Positions 21,146-31,110 are shown, counted from the stretch's first letter. The stretch is DNA of 64,000 nt from Cyanobacteria bacterium P01_F01_bin.150 (GCA_039189765.1 JBCCYL010000021.1:17011-81010), one strand, 5' to 3'. The notes: generated by a model not told the origin, from the sequence alone. Numbers and translations are program-made.

Positions 21146-21787
21146 ATGATATCCAATTCCTTTACTAATGCTATTTCAATCGATCAAATTAAGTACAACA
21201 AACAGGGGCTGGTTCCTGCGATCGCTCAGGACTATCTGGATGGAACTGTCTTAATGATGGCTTGGATGAATCGAGAAGCCTTGGAAAAAACTCTTAGTGA
21301 TGGCGAAGTCTGGTATTGGAGCCGTTCACGGTCTGAATTATGGCACAAAGGAGCGACCTCTGGCCATTATCAAAAACTCAAAACAATTCGTTATGACTGT
21401 GATAGCGATGTTTTACTGCTAACCATTGAGCAATTAGGGGATATTGCTTGTCACACTGGCGAGAGAAGTTGCTTCCATCAAATTGGAGACGAAAAACAAT
21501 CGCCTCCAGCCGATACGCTTTCCCAAGTTTTTGAAGTGATTTGCGACCGTCGTGATAACCCTTCCCCCAAATCGTATACCTGTAAGTTGCTGCATGGTGG
21601 TGACAATAAAATTCTCAAGAAGATTGGAGAGGAGGCTGCGGAAGTAGTGATGGCATGCAAGGATGACAACAAAGATGAAATTGCTGGAGAGGCGGCCGAC
21701 TTGCTTTACCACACTCTAGTCGCTTTGGCCTATCACCATGTAGACATTCGAGATGTTTATAGAAAGTTACAAGATAGGCGACGATAA
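21146..21787 (+). CDS. hisIE: Bifunctional phosphoribosyl-AMP cyclohydrolase / phosphoribosyl-ATP pyrophosphatase
   Basis: [46 protein letters not shown]. Confidence 0.98.
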   Translation: MISNSFTNAISIDQIKYNKQGLVPAIAQDYLDGTVLMMAWMNREALEKTLSDGEVWYWSRSRSELWHKGATSGHYQKLKTIRYDCDSDVLLLTIEQLGDIACHTGERSCFHQIGDEKQSPPADTLSQVFEVICDRRDNPSPKSYTCKLLHGGDNKILKKIGEEAAEVVMACKDDNKDEIAGEAADLLYHTLVALAYHHVDIRDVYRKLQDRRR

Positions 21788-21842
21788 ACCAAATGTACGC
21801 TTTGCATCAACTTTACGAACAAAATTTGCCAGGTTTAAACAA

Positions 21843-21881
21843 CAAAACTGTAACCTTCATTTATGGAGGGTTACAGTTTTG
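21843..21881. terminator. Bidirectional terminator between convergent hisIE and sds
   Basis: CAAAACTGTAACC...GGTTACAGTTTTG inverted repeat with A/T tracts on both sides. Confidence 0.7.
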
Positions 21882-21900
21882 CTTGTACATAATGAGACCT

Positions 21901-22872
21901 CTAATACGTTCGACTCAGAACATAATCTGCTAGTTTTGCAAGGGCCTGGCGGGGCTCTGATTGAGGTAACCGCTCTAGATGGCGAATCGCCAATTCACTG
22001 TGGGTTCGTGCCAGCTTGCGAGTACGCTCTAACCCTTGGCTATTATCAATGAGAGCGATCGCTTTTTCAAAATCACCCTCTTCAGCAAATTCACGATCAA
22101 TCAAACGTGCTAGTGCAGGATGCTCTTCTAAGGCATAAAGGGCAGGAGCAGTGACATTTCCGCTTTTCAAATCAGAACAAGACGGCTTTCCCAATGCATC
22201 TTCCGAAGCAGTAAAGTCTAAAATGTCATCAATAATTTGAAACGCTAATCCTAAGTGACGACCATAACTATAGAGATCATCTGCAAGCTTTGAAGACACA
22301 TCACTAAGTACGCCTGCGGCTCTGGCACTGTTAGCCAGTAGAGATGCTGTTTTATAGTAACTTTTCTCTATATATGCATCGATTGAAAGGTTGGTATCAA
22401 ACCTATTAAGACCCTGCTGAATCTCGCCTTCAGCCAAATCCATAATTACCTGGGATAAAAGCTTCACTACGGTCAGGTTATCAAGATTAGCCAAATGCCA
22501 GGATGCCTGAGCAAATAAGAAATCTCCCGCAAGAACAGCAACCCGATTCCCAAAACTACTATGGACCGTCGGAACGCCCCTTCTCACTCCAGCTTCATCC
22601 ACAACATCATCGTGGACAAGACTAGCTGTGTGAATCATTTCTGTAATCTCTGCTAGGCGTCGATGCTTAGCGGTGATGTCTTGCATTGGCATCGTTGCCC
22701 TAGAAACCAATAGGACGATTGCCGGTCGGAGCCGCTTACCACCGGCTCCAAATAAGTGCTCTGCTGCCGCATATAGGATAGGATGTCGTGCACCAACTAA
22801 CTGCTTAAGAGTCTCAGTCAAAACAGTGAGATCTGATTCGACGGGTGAAAATAAAGATGTCGCTGAGGTCAT
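21901..22872 (-). CDS. sds: Solanesyl diphosphate synthase (trans-prenyltransferase)
   Basis: GGKRLRP, HTASLVHDDVVD, RRG, KTASL, AFQIIDDILD. Confidence 0.95.
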   Translation of the reverse strand: MTSATSLFSPVESDLTVLTETLKQLVGARHPILYAAAEHLFGAGGKRLRPAIVLLVSRATMPMQDITAKHRRLAEITEMIHTASLVHDDVVDEAGVRRGVPTVHSSFGNRVAVLAGDFLFAQASWHLANLDNLTVVKLLSQVIMDLAEGEIQQGLNRFDTNLSIDAYIEKSYYKTASLLANSARAAGVLSDVSSKLADDLYSYGRHLGLAFQIIDDILDFTASEDALGKPSCSDLKSGNVTAPALYALEEHPALARLIDREFAEEGDFEKAIALIDNSQGLERTRKLARTHSELAIRHLERLPQSEPRQALAKLADYVLSRTY

Positions 22873-23434
22873 GGACGAACGGACTCAGACTCTGAGTAAC
22901 GATTTTTTACATATCATGTCTTTATTCTAAGACAAGCTTCTACATATTGGAGACTAAAAGCTAACTAATCTTTGTAAGAGGGTCCCCTTTAAAGTACTAA
23001 AAGGCTTGGTGCTACTGGATGCTAAGCCTTTGATGGCCCTAGAAAATATCTCCCATGTGGAAGAATTTATATCGTTTATGTTCTAATGCGAGATTTGGTC
23101 GCGCCTTGCTCCCCAATATTTCGTCGAATTTTCTCTTGTTTGAGTTTTAATCTTCTGATGTTGCCCACATTATTGAATATTGTCTGGCAATAATTAAATT
23201 AAGCGTCAAAAAATATGATTTTTATACTGAAATCTCAATATAAATATTCGTGATTGTTTTGAACACCCAACATTGTTACGCGCATTTCATGATGAATTGA
23301 AAGGCGTCAAACTTGATTCAAAAAGATATGAAGATGAATTCTGGGAAAAACATACTTTTTACCAGTTTTACTTAAAAAAAAAGCTAGAATCCCCATTCAA
23401 TCTTAGGAAAGTTATGTTAAACTAAACATAGGTA

Positions 23435-23662
23435 TTAAAAAATAAAATAAGACAAGGCACAAGCCCTGCTTGTAAAAGTGAGATGGTGTGGTTCGGATGA
23501 AGCTGAGGGAATTTTCCTGTATTTGCTCCAGTAGAGTAATTTCTGAACTGTTTCTTGTGTGATTGATGTGTCACTGGCGATATGCTCCCAATTTATGGAG
23601 TATAAGATTTTAAGCAATTTTCTCTCCTGTTCTTGAGAGAGGAAATTGCCAGTCGGCATCAT
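23435..23662 (-). CDS. Short helix-turn-helix-like ORF, possibly a remnant of an IS630-type transposase N-terminus
   Basis: MPTGNFLSQEQERKLLKIL resembles, from memory, the MPAKNxLxxEQxxxLxKAL starts of cyanobacterial IS630-related HTH proteins; WEHIASDTSITQETVQKLL looks like an HTH. Confidence 0.35.
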   Translation of the reverse strand: MMPTGNFLSQEQERKLLKILYSINWEHIASDTSITQETVQKLLYWSKYRKIPSASSEPHHLTFTSRACALSYFIF

Positions 23663-23888
23663 GGTCTGCTAGTTCTTTCGGGTACTATTTATTGTGCTTG
23701 GAGCGCTGCGCAGTGCCAGGATTTAGATAAGCTTTTTTAGAGCACTGGTTTTATCTCAATGCATGTTGCACATGGACTGGAGTAGTTCAGATTGTAGCAA
23801 GCTACTTAAAATTAATCGTCATTCTAATTCATTTACTTATTTTATTTTGCATCATCCACCCTGAACACCTCCGAAGAACCGTACCATC

Positions 23889-23996
23889 ATGTTAGTTCAC
23901 TGTAGTTCTCCCCTCATCATTCCAGCTCTTGCTGCCGCATACTTGCTGACCGTTTACTTTCTGTTAATGCTTGCCCAGCGATCGAGTCGAATTTAG
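23889..23996 (+). CDS. Small single-pass membrane protein (35 aa), below the ORF-track cutoff
   Basis: ATG...TAG encodes MLVHCSSPLIIPALAAAYLLTVYFLLMLAQRSSRI: a 20-residue hydrophobic helix followed by basic residues. Confidence 0.5.
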   Translation: MLVHCSSPLIIPALAAAYLLTVYFLLMLAQRSSRI

Positions 23997-24092
23997 TTGG
24001 GATTGGGTGGGGCTAAGATAGTAGGACAGCTATTATAGTGTCGCTTGATCTATCGGAGCTGGTCAAATCTCAATTTTGAAGGTAAATGGCTA

Positions 24093-24968
24093 TCATCCCA
24101 TCAATGGGGCTGATGGCAACAAATTGCACTGATGAACATCTGGGACATAGTTAAGGAGAGTTGCGGCTAGTTCTTGGAAACGTTGGGGGCGATCGCTCAC
24201 AAAAAATTGAGTCGTTGGCTGACTTGCATTGGAGAAAATACCTTGGCCTCCACCTATCAATCCAAATTCCTGCTTAGCTGCTTGAACAACATGTACTGCT
24301 GGGTTAACAAGGTTAACGACAGGAGGCAGAAGGTCGCAAATAACCGTGGAAAGATAAGGATAATGGGTGCATCCGTATACAAGCGTATCAATCTGTTTTT
24401 CAATAAGCCCATGTAAATAGCGCTGAACAATAGCTCGGGTTTCTGGTTCGTGGACACGGCCATGTTCAATTAGCGGTACAAATTCAGGACATCCAACTTC
24501 CCACACAGAAGTCCTGGGTGATGCTTCTTGTATGGCGCTGCGGTAAGCATGACTCTGAGCCGTTGCTGGGGTTGCAATCACCCCTATTCTTTCCCCTAAC
24601 TGTACTGCCGCGCGGGCAGCAGGAAGAATAACGCCAAGAATTGGGATGTCATACTCAGCTCGAACTATCTCCAATGCCAATGCGGAGCTAGTATTGCAGG
24701 CCATGATGACCATTTTTGCATCACAAGATACCATCCAGTCTAGAATAGCCCTTACACAATGCAAAATTTCAGAGGGAGTTTTAGTCCCGTAAGGTAAGTT
24801 GGCCGTATCCCCAAAATACAAAATAGACTCGTTGGGCAAAACCCTCTGCAGCTCAGTTAAAACAGTTAAGCCGCCAACTCCACTATCAAATACACCAATC
24901 GGTTGGTGAGTGCTGGTAGGCTTCGCTTTATCACTATTCCGGCTATGAGTGCCTTGATGCCAGATCAT
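24093..24968 (-). CDS. murI: Glutamate racemase
   Basis: IGVFDSGVGGLTV, PYG, MACNTSS, YGCTHYP; ATG 24968 preceded by GGAGAGG. Confidence 0.96.
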   Translation of the reverse strand: MIWHQGTHSRNSDKAKPTSTHQPIGVFDSGVGGLTVLTELQRVLPNESILYFGDTANLPYGTKTPSEILHCVRAILDWMVSCDAKMVIMACNTSSALALEIVRAEYDIPILGVILPAARAAVQLGERIGVIATPATAQSHAYRSAIQEASPRTSVWEVGCPEFVPLIEHGRVHEPETRAIVQRYLHGLIEKQIDTLVYGCTHYPYLSTVICDLLPPVVNLVNPAVHVVQAAKQEFGLIGGGQGIFSNASQPTTQFFVSDRPQRFQELAATLLNYVPDVHQCNLLPSAPLMG

Positions 24969-25175
24969 ATTATTCCTCTCCATCCGCAAGTACTACATTG
25001 AACATCACCTTCAGGCTACTAACGGAAATCCTTTGTACTTCCATTGTTGTCTGTTTTGCTTCAGCCTAAGGAAACAGCCCATACTTTGATATCTGACTAT
25101 TAAGAAGTCAACTGGAGATCGGTTGTAGAGCCGCCCAATTGCTTTGGCTATACTTTGATCCCCTTTCGATCGGGC

Positions 25176-25200
25176 TAGTAGGGACAACTCGCCCCTACTA
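25176..25200. repeat. REP-like GTAG palindrome
   Basis: TAGTAGGGACAACTCGCCCCTACTA (minus strand GTAGGGGCGAGTTGTCCCTAC). Confidence 0.5.
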
Positions 25201-25261
25201 ATGAACTTGTATGTGGCTTCAAATGAAGCCTGCGCTTGGTGTGTGAGGAAGAGAAAAACGG

Positions 25262-26704
25262 TCAGGAGGCGGCTGATTCTTCCGATAAGGAATCCTCAAG
25301 ATCACCCTTAAAAGCAAGGCGAAGAAATGGGGGAGCTAAAAATGTTGTCATAATGACCATGACAATGATTGCTGCTTCTAAGGATTCGGACAGAACGCCA
25401 CTGGCAGATCCAACCCCTGCAAATACTAGGCCGACTTCGCCACGAGGAATCATGCCAACTCCAATGGCTACGCGATTGATCTTGTCTTGGCCAAATACCG
25501 TAAAGCCAGTGATGACTTTTCCAAATATGGCAATCACGATTAAGAATGCGGCCATAATTAATCCAGCACGATTGGCTGGATTGGCTGGGTTGAGAACGCT
25601 TAAATCCGTTCCAGCTCCTACCGTCACAAAGAAGATAGGGACAAGGAAGTCAGCAATTGGAATAATCTGCTCTTCCAACTCTTCTGCCTTCTCTGTCTCA
25701 GCTAGGATAAGCCCTGCGGCAAATGCCCCCAGGATGGCCTCTAGCTGAATGGCTGCGGCCATATAAGAAAGGGCAAAGGCAAAAATTAGCGAGGATAAAA
25801 TAAGATGGCCTCGCGTATTCATTTTCTCAACGAGAGCTACAAAATACGGACTGAGGAGACGACCCACGAAGATGGCCCCCACCAGAAATATTGAGGCTCC
25901 AGCAATCAGATAGAGCACATCTGCAATATTGATCTCTCCAGTTTTGGCCAGACTGGCAACTACCGCAAGAACAATAATGCCCAATACATCGTCAAGAACG
26001 GCTGCTCCAATGATAATTTGACCTTCCTTGGAGTTGAGTTGCTGAATCTCGGCCAGAACTTTGGCCGTAATTCCGATACTGGTTGCTGTTAAAGCGGCCC
26101 CTGCAAAAACTGCTGGAATAGTGGCAATGCCAAAGAAGGCGATGAGACCAGCAGTTCCCAAGGCAAAGGGAGCAACAACTCCCACTATCGCAACGACTGC
26201 CGCCTGCGGACCGACTCGAATGAGTTCCTTCAAGTCAGATTCCAATCCAATCTCAAAAAGAAGGATGATTACACCTAGCTCAGACAGCACTGAGAGCACC
26301 TCACTCATGGCCTCAAAAACGTAGTTTGAGGCTTCGGGCTGTAACCCTGCTGTTTGTTCTAAAAAGGTGACAATAAGAGACTGAGATGCGTCGCTTCCTC
26401 CTTCGGGAAAGACGATTAAGTGAAGTACGGATATTCCGACAACAACACCACCTACAAGTTCACCTAAGACCGGAGGAAGATTGACACGAGCACATAGCTC
26501 TCCAAAAAATTTAGCAGAAAAATATACGGCTAGGAGACTAATAAGCACTCCTGCTAATATCAGTGGACCTTGTTCTGCTTCTGAAAAGGTTTCTGATATT
26601 TTTTCAGACACTGATGCCACTTCTGACGTTGTGGCGAGTAAATTTAGATGGCACAAACTAAAAGCATTCAGAAAATTAACGAAACTGGTGGAGACCAATG
26701 CCAT
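25262..26704 (-). CDS. Cation:proton antiporter (CPA2, NhaS3-like Na+/H+ antiporter)
   Basis: Multiple TM helices; LGELVGG, LLFEIGLE, ATSIGIT, AAVLDDVLG, GMIPRGEVGL. Confidence 0.92.
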   Translation of the reverse strand: MALVSTSFVNFLNAFSLCHLNLLATTSEVASVSEKISETFSEAEQGPLILAGVLISLLAVYFSAKFFGELCARVNLPPVLGELVGGVVVGISVLHLIVFPEGGSDASQSLIVTFLEQTAGLQPEASNYVFEAMSEVLSVLSELGVIILLFEIGLESDLKELIRVGPQAAVVAIVGVVAPFALGTAGLIAFFGIATIPAVFAGAALTATSIGITAKVLAEIQQLNSKEGQIIIGAAVLDDVLGIIVLAVVASLAKTGEINIADVLYLIAGASIFLVGAIFVGRLLSPYFVALVEKMNTRGHLILSSLIFAFALSYMAAAIQLEAILGAFAAGLILAETEKAEELEEQIIPIADFLVPIFFVTVGAGTDLSVLNPANPANRAGLIMAAFLIVIAIFGKVITGFTVFGQDKINRVAIGVGMIPRGEVGLVFAGVGSASGVLSESLEAAIIVMVIMTTFLAPPFLRLAFKGDLEDSLSEESAAS

Positions 26705-26807
26705 AGGTTTAATAATTCAGGCGACAAAGCTCATTCAATTTACTTTACTACACGCGTTCGCATGGCTACCAGCTTTGTGGTGAAAATCCCATAATTCACG
26801 ATTTCCT

Positions 26808-28292
26808 ATGATTCATCCTTCTATAGGTCGCTACGTACCCATTCTTAATGAACCTGATAAATTTTTTGCTTGCCTTACTCGACCATTGACAACGACAGTG
26901 TGGGTGAATGAATTAAAAACCCAAGCATCAAAATTAGAGCAGGCATTTTCTTTGATGGGATGGGGATGGTCCGAGGTTCCTTGGTATTCAGGAGGCTATC
27001 GCATTAAGGTCGTCAAGCCAGGATGTTCGCTACCTTTTTGCTGTGGATGGTATGCCGTTCAAGAGTCTATTGCTTGGAGTGCAGTATGCGCCCTTGACCC
27101 CCAGCCAGGAGATTACGTCCTTGATCTTTGTGCCGCACCGGGAGGAAAAACTGCCCAGATTGCTCTGGCGGTTGGGCCAAAAGGAGCAGTCATTGCGAAT
27201 GAGCAATCCCTGTCTCGCTTACCATCTCTAGTAAATACCATTACCCGATTGGGGTTAACGAATGTCATAACGAGTCAGGTGGATGGGCAAGCTTTTCAAT
27301 CTACTCCCCATTTGTTTGATCGAGTCTTGGTTGATGTTCCCTGCTCTGGAGAAGGAACGCTACGGAAGAAAGTAGGGCGGCGATCGCTGGGTCAAGAGAA
27401 CTGGCACGAGCGTCACAGTCAGCGCTTGAGGCCAGTTCAGAAACAACTCCTCAATCGAGCGTTAGATCTAGTAAAGCCTGGAGGAATTGTGGTGTACAGC
27501 ACTTGTACCTTTGCTCCAGAAGAAAATGAAGCGATCCTTGATGAAGTATTGGGTGATCGCGGCAGTATTGAGCCTTACTCTATTCACGACCTTCGATCAA
27601 ATCCAGGATTGTGTCAATGGCAAGGGAAAACCTTTCGCTCAGATCTTCAATATGCTCAGCGCTACTGGCCTCATCTAAACGACACAGGAGGTTTTTTTGT
27701 GGCTCGTATTCGGCGCACTGGCGTCAAAACGCTGAGGTCGATGGCCCCACCTCCCTCTTGTTCTGGCTCTGAAATTCTATCATCCGCAAAAAAGCAAAGC
27801 GCAACAGTACAGCAGACAGATGACCATACAGCTTTAACGTGGCTGAGCGGTCGCTTTGATATCCCCTATGCAACATTTCAGCCCTACAGCCTTTGGCAAA
27901 CGGGGCAGGAGAAACTTTGGATTGCGAATCAGTCCTGTACTGTCTTGGCCGCATCTATTTCGGTTCCAGTGGAAACAATTGGGATTCCATTAGTACGACG
28001 CACTTCACACAGCTTTAAGCCCACAACCGCCAGCCTTCAACGTTTTGGCCAACACGTTCAAAATCGTTTTCTTTCGCTGAATCAAGAACAGTGTCAGCGG
28101 TTTATGAAAGGCCAAGAACAGGTGTTGAAACTGCAAAATATTAAAGAGCAAACATCAGTTAATGCAGACTCTTTTGATGAATCTCTGAAAGGTTTTGTAC
28201 ATGTTCGGCATGGCCTTTATGAATTAGGATGTGGTCGGGTAAAAACTGACGTTCTATATCCAGAAATTCCAAAAATTTTGAGGGCAAATTAG
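26808..28292 (+). CDS. RsmB/RsmF (NOL1/NOP2) RNA m5C methyltransferase
   Basis: VLDLCAAPGGKT, DRVLVDVPCSGEG, VYSTCTFAPEENE, TGGFFVA. Confidence 0.93.
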   Translation: MIHPSIGRYVPILNEPDKFFACLTRPLTTTVWVNELKTQASKLEQAFSLMGWGWSEVPWYSGGYRIKVVKPGCSLPFCCGWYAVQESIAWSAVCALDPQPGDYVLDLCAAPGGKTAQIALAVGPKGAVIANEQSLSRLPSLVNTITRLGLTNVITSQVDGQAFQSTPHLFDRVLVDVPCSGEGTLRKKVGRRSLGQENWHERHSQRLRPVQKQLLNRALDLVKPGGIVVYSTCTFAPEENEAILDEVLGDRGSIEPYSIHDLRSNPGLCQWQGKTFRSDLQYAQRYWPHLNDTGGFFVARIRRTGVKTLRSMAPPPSCSGSEILSSAKKQSATVQQTDDHTALTWLSGRFDIPYATFQPYSLWQTGQEKLWIANQSCTVLAASISVPVETIGIPLVRRTSHSFKPTTASLQRFGQHVQNRFLSLNQEQCQRFMKGQEQVLKLQNIKEQTSVNADSFDESLKGFVHVRHGLYELGCGRVKTDVLYPEIPKILRAN

Positions 28293-28300
28293 CGATGAGA

Positions 28301-28801
28301 TCAGGCGAAAAACTCTCTGATTTGTACACTTACGATAGCATGGCTTGAAAGGTAATCGGAAGCGAACAGCGTCCATGCGACCAGCCCTCCATGCACAATT
28401 AACGACATGGCCGCCCACAACATAATCAGGTGAGTGAAGGGGCTATTTGGCAAGTGCCAAAAAACATACCCTGCCACGACTATCATGACTACAGGTAAAC
28501 AGATAGTGAACCCAATAAACATGGCTTTAGCGGCTGTCATTGATTGGAACACAACCTTTTTTCTTTGCCATTGGTGACCATTCCAACTCCAAGACTTTGG
28601 CATAGATGCATCCAAAACCTCTAGGCACTTTTCATGGTCTGTCCAAGAGAACATATGTAAGCATAGAGTGCAGCTATACGCATCCATTAATGTCATTGGG
28701 GCAAGACGCCCACAACCACATATTGGGCATATTTCAGAGGCCGGACGATTATCGTTCATCATCAGTTCAAAACTTACATCGCAATTGGAGTTCCCACCCA
28801 A
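28301..28801 (-). CDS. Zinc-ribbon membrane protein (DUF2396-like)
   Basis: CPICGCG...LMDAYSCTLCLHMF, then two TM helices. Confidence 0.7.
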   Translation of the reverse strand: MGGNSNCDVSFELMMNDNRPASEICPICGCGRLAPMTLMDAYSCTLCLHMFSWTDHEKCLEVLDASMPKSWSWNGHQWQRKKVVFQSMTAAKAMFIGFTICLPVVMIVVAGYVFWHLPNSPFTHLIMLWAAMSLIVHGGLVAWTLFASDYLSSHAIVSVQIREFFA

Positions 28802-29655
28802 TGCATGGTCTCTGTCCCCCCCTTTTCTAAAATTATTGCGGGTGTGGAGCCTTGGTTAAAGTCAACGGATTTGATGATAAATTGACCGTTTCCGACTCGT
28901 TCTCCAACTTGGACATAACGACTACCGGAAGGCTCTTCAACAATAATATTGACGCGATCGCCCGTCTGGACCACACCACTAAATTCAAAACTATGCGTTG
29001 AAGCCGTATGGGCCACATTTGTCGATTCGGATGCTGTCGGGTTAGACAGTTCAGGGGTGGGTGCTACAGCTATGGGTGTAGTTGGCACGGCAGCTACTGG
29101 TGGAGGCGATTGCGCTAGGGGTGGGGAAGGCAGTTGGTTAACAATCGGCACAGGGATCACGGTTTGGGGAGAATTTGGCACAGGAGGTGGTTGAGGAGCA
29201 GAGGCTCGAGTGTCTGAGCCAGTCGTATCTGCTGTAGAACTATTGGAAGGTGAGGCAGGTCTTGAATCTGATTGCTTTTGGACCAGATATGGACGAGCGG
29301 GTAGTGAAGCAAAAGGGTCACTCCGACCGGGTTTAATTTGTGGCAGTCGTTGAACATCTCCAGTTGCCTGAACAATATCAGGGGGCACTCTGCCAATCGG
29401 AGCCTCATCCTCTAATGTGCTCAATCGCTCTCCGTGGCTGATGCTCGGCTTGGATGCATCAGTTTGATTAGTTGTAGTATTAGAATCTGTAGCTGTAGTG
29501 CTTGAGTTTTTCTTGGCCGAGTTCTGATCGGAAGATACTGAATCTCTTAAACGTATATGGTTAGGCCATTCTGAATGGACAATCCAGATACATCCTCCAA
29601 GCAGCAGAAGGCTTATTAAACTCAAATGTTTTAAATACGACCAATTGATTCTCAT
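28774..29655 (-). CDS. Putative lipoprotein with Pro/Ser-rich linker and PilP/GspC-like C-terminal beta domain
   Basis: Signal peptide MRINWSYLKHLSLISLLLLGG-C (lipobox); GRSDPF motif; FSGVVQTG...SRYVQVGERVGNGQFIIKSV. Confidence 0.6.
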   Translation of the reverse strand: MRINWSYLKHLSLISLLLLGGCIWIVHSEWPNHIRLRDSVSSDQNSAKKNSSTTATDSNTTTNQTDASKPSISHGERLSTLEDEAPIGRVPPDIVQATGDVQRLPQIKPGRSDPFASLPARPYLVQKQSDSRPASPSNSSTADTTGSDTRASAPQPPPVPNSPQTVIPVPIVNQLPSPPLAQSPPPVAAVPTTPIAVAPTPELSNPTASESTNVAHTASTHSFEFSGVVQTGDRVNIIVEEPSGSRYVQVGERVGNGQFIIKSVDFNQGSTPAIILEKGGTETMHWVGTPIAM

Positions 29656-29780
29656 AATCTCGCAATTCACTACTCAACCACATAGGACTTAAACCTCGAC
29701 CATATTATGGAACAAGATCAGAAAAAAACATATGTTTTGTATCAGGATGCGGAGAATTGCAGGAAAACGATACATAACAT

Positions 29781-29864
29781 CATTGGGGTTTCTCATTCAA
29801 ATGAAACCCCAATGAACGATGGTGTAGGCGCATCGTGCCCACACCATCCGCCTAAAGTTGATAC
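29781..29864 (+). repeat. Dispersed palindromic element family A, copy 2 (two-hairpin form)
   Basis: CATTGGGGTTTC-N10-GAAACCCCAATG, then GATGGTGTAGGCGC-ATC-GTGCCCACACCATC, then CGCCTAAAGTTGATAC. Confidence 0.85.
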
Positions 29865-29945
29865 TCCATAATTCCTTTATCGAGCAGGGTTTAGGAGGAA
29901 AAGTGGTGTCTCCCACATTTTCACTAGAGCTGATTTAAATCAGCT

Positions 29946-30371
29946 CTACATGCTCCTCTTTCCCTGCTTAATTTGTTCTTGCAACATCTGCATCAGCAGT
30001 TCTGCATCTTGCTCTAGGCATAAGAACTGAGCTTGATGACATTTTTGATAAGGTAAGAGACGTTGTTTTTTCGATTTACGAGACCGTCGAAAAGTAACAG
30101 TATGATAGGGGCCAGAGGATATTTCTTTATGGTTGTTGTAAGAATTTTGGTCTAAGCCATCTTGCTCTTTTACACGCCCAGACAGAGAATACACATACCC
30201 CTGATCACAAACGGAGGAAGCAGAGGTGCGCTGAAAAAGGTACTTGTCCTGCTGTGTCGGAGTAGTGCAGTAAGAAGACAAGTGGATAGTGGATGGCTTA
30301 GACGCACCTGACAACACTGACGGCAAGTCTTCAGAGCCAGAGTTCATAGGCGATCGCTGTTTGTATAACAT
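29946..30371 (-). CDS. Hypothetical protein
   Basis: 141-aa ORF co-oriented with its neighbours; short helical C-terminal motif HQAQFLCLEQDAELLMQMLQ. Confidence 0.55.
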   Translation of the reverse strand: MLYKQRSPMNSGSEDLPSVLSGASKPSTIHLSSYCTTPTQQDKYLFQRTSASSVCDQGYVYSLSGRVKEQDGLDQNSYNNHKEISSGPYHTVTFRRSRKSKKQRLLPYQKCHQAQFLCLEQDAELLMQMLQEQIKQGKRSM

Positions 30372-30521
30372 CTAGTTAAGACGAGAACAATACTAAAGGC
30401 TAATTAGGCCAAAGTGCTAAAGACTGTGGCAATTTTTAATGTGGTTGTTGGATTTCTAGAATTAGTATTACATCGGCGTTACGTAACATACTGAGAGGTT
30501 CACTCCTTTAAGATGTACGAT

Positions 30522-31106
30522 TTACTGCCGTGGCAGAGTATTTTGATTAGATTGTCTCTCTTGTCGGTGTGTGGATGATTGTAGTACTGCATAACGCTGT
30601 CGCTCCCGCTCAAGCTGCTCAATCGTATCTCCTAGGGCCGTCATCAGTGTTTGACGGGTTTGCTCATGCTCAGATTGTTCTTGGGATAAAGCTTTGGCAA
30701 GGCGATCGCATTCTGCCATCATTTCCTGTAGTTTTTGCTGGAATCGGGCTGTTAGCGGGCTGTTATCCCCTTTTGACAATGGGGCATTAACGGTCGGTCT
30801 ATTGATTGTTTGATTATTATTTGCCGCAGGAGCATCTTCCAGATGCTCATTTGCCATGAATAGTGATGTTCGCGTATCTGGTGGTAAATCCAATTGCTGC
30901 TTCAATCGCTTATTTTCCCGATCTAATCGATAAATTACCGTCCGTAGACGCTGAATATCTTTGCGGCGCTGTTGAGCTTCTGTTTGATAGGACTGTTGCC
31001 ATCGAGAAATTTGTTCATACGCAGCAGCTTTATCCTGACTAACTTGAGCAAGCCGCTGCTGCAACGATTGAATTTCGATTAACCATTGCTGAACATCTTT
31101 GGACAT
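30522..31106 (-). CDS. Coiled-coil conserved hypothetical protein
   Basis: DVQQWLIEIQSLQQRL...YQTEAQQRR...HEQTRQTLMTALGDTI; starts 4 nt after the upstream stop. Confidence 0.8.
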   Translation of the reverse strand: MSKDVQQWLIEIQSLQQRLAQVSQDKAAAYEQISRWQQSYQTEAQQRRKDIQRLRTVIYRLDRENKRLKQQLDLPPDTRTSLFMANEHLEDAPAANNNQTINRPTVNAPLSKGDNSPLTARFQQKLQEMMAECDRLAKALSQEQSEHEQTRQTLMTALGDTIEQLERERQRYAVLQSSTHRQERQSNQNTLPRQ

Positions 31107-31110
31107 AGCA

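Noticed and set aside
21803..21817. Minus-strand CGTAAAGTTGATGC as a family A copy
   Set aside because: Only about 10 nt match the tail and there is no adjacent hairpin.
23983..24013. Minus-strand GCCCCACCCAATCCCAACTAAATTCGACTC as a degenerate family A copy
   Set aside because: No left hairpin arm, several tail mismatches, and it overlaps the small ORF. If real it would weaken the same-strand claim.
25236..26783. Antisense ORFs over the antiporter gene (and similar shadow ORFs over clpC, cdaA, pfkA, murA and the 1438-aa gene)
   Set aside because: Shadow frames of well-supported genes on the opposite strand or in alternative frames.
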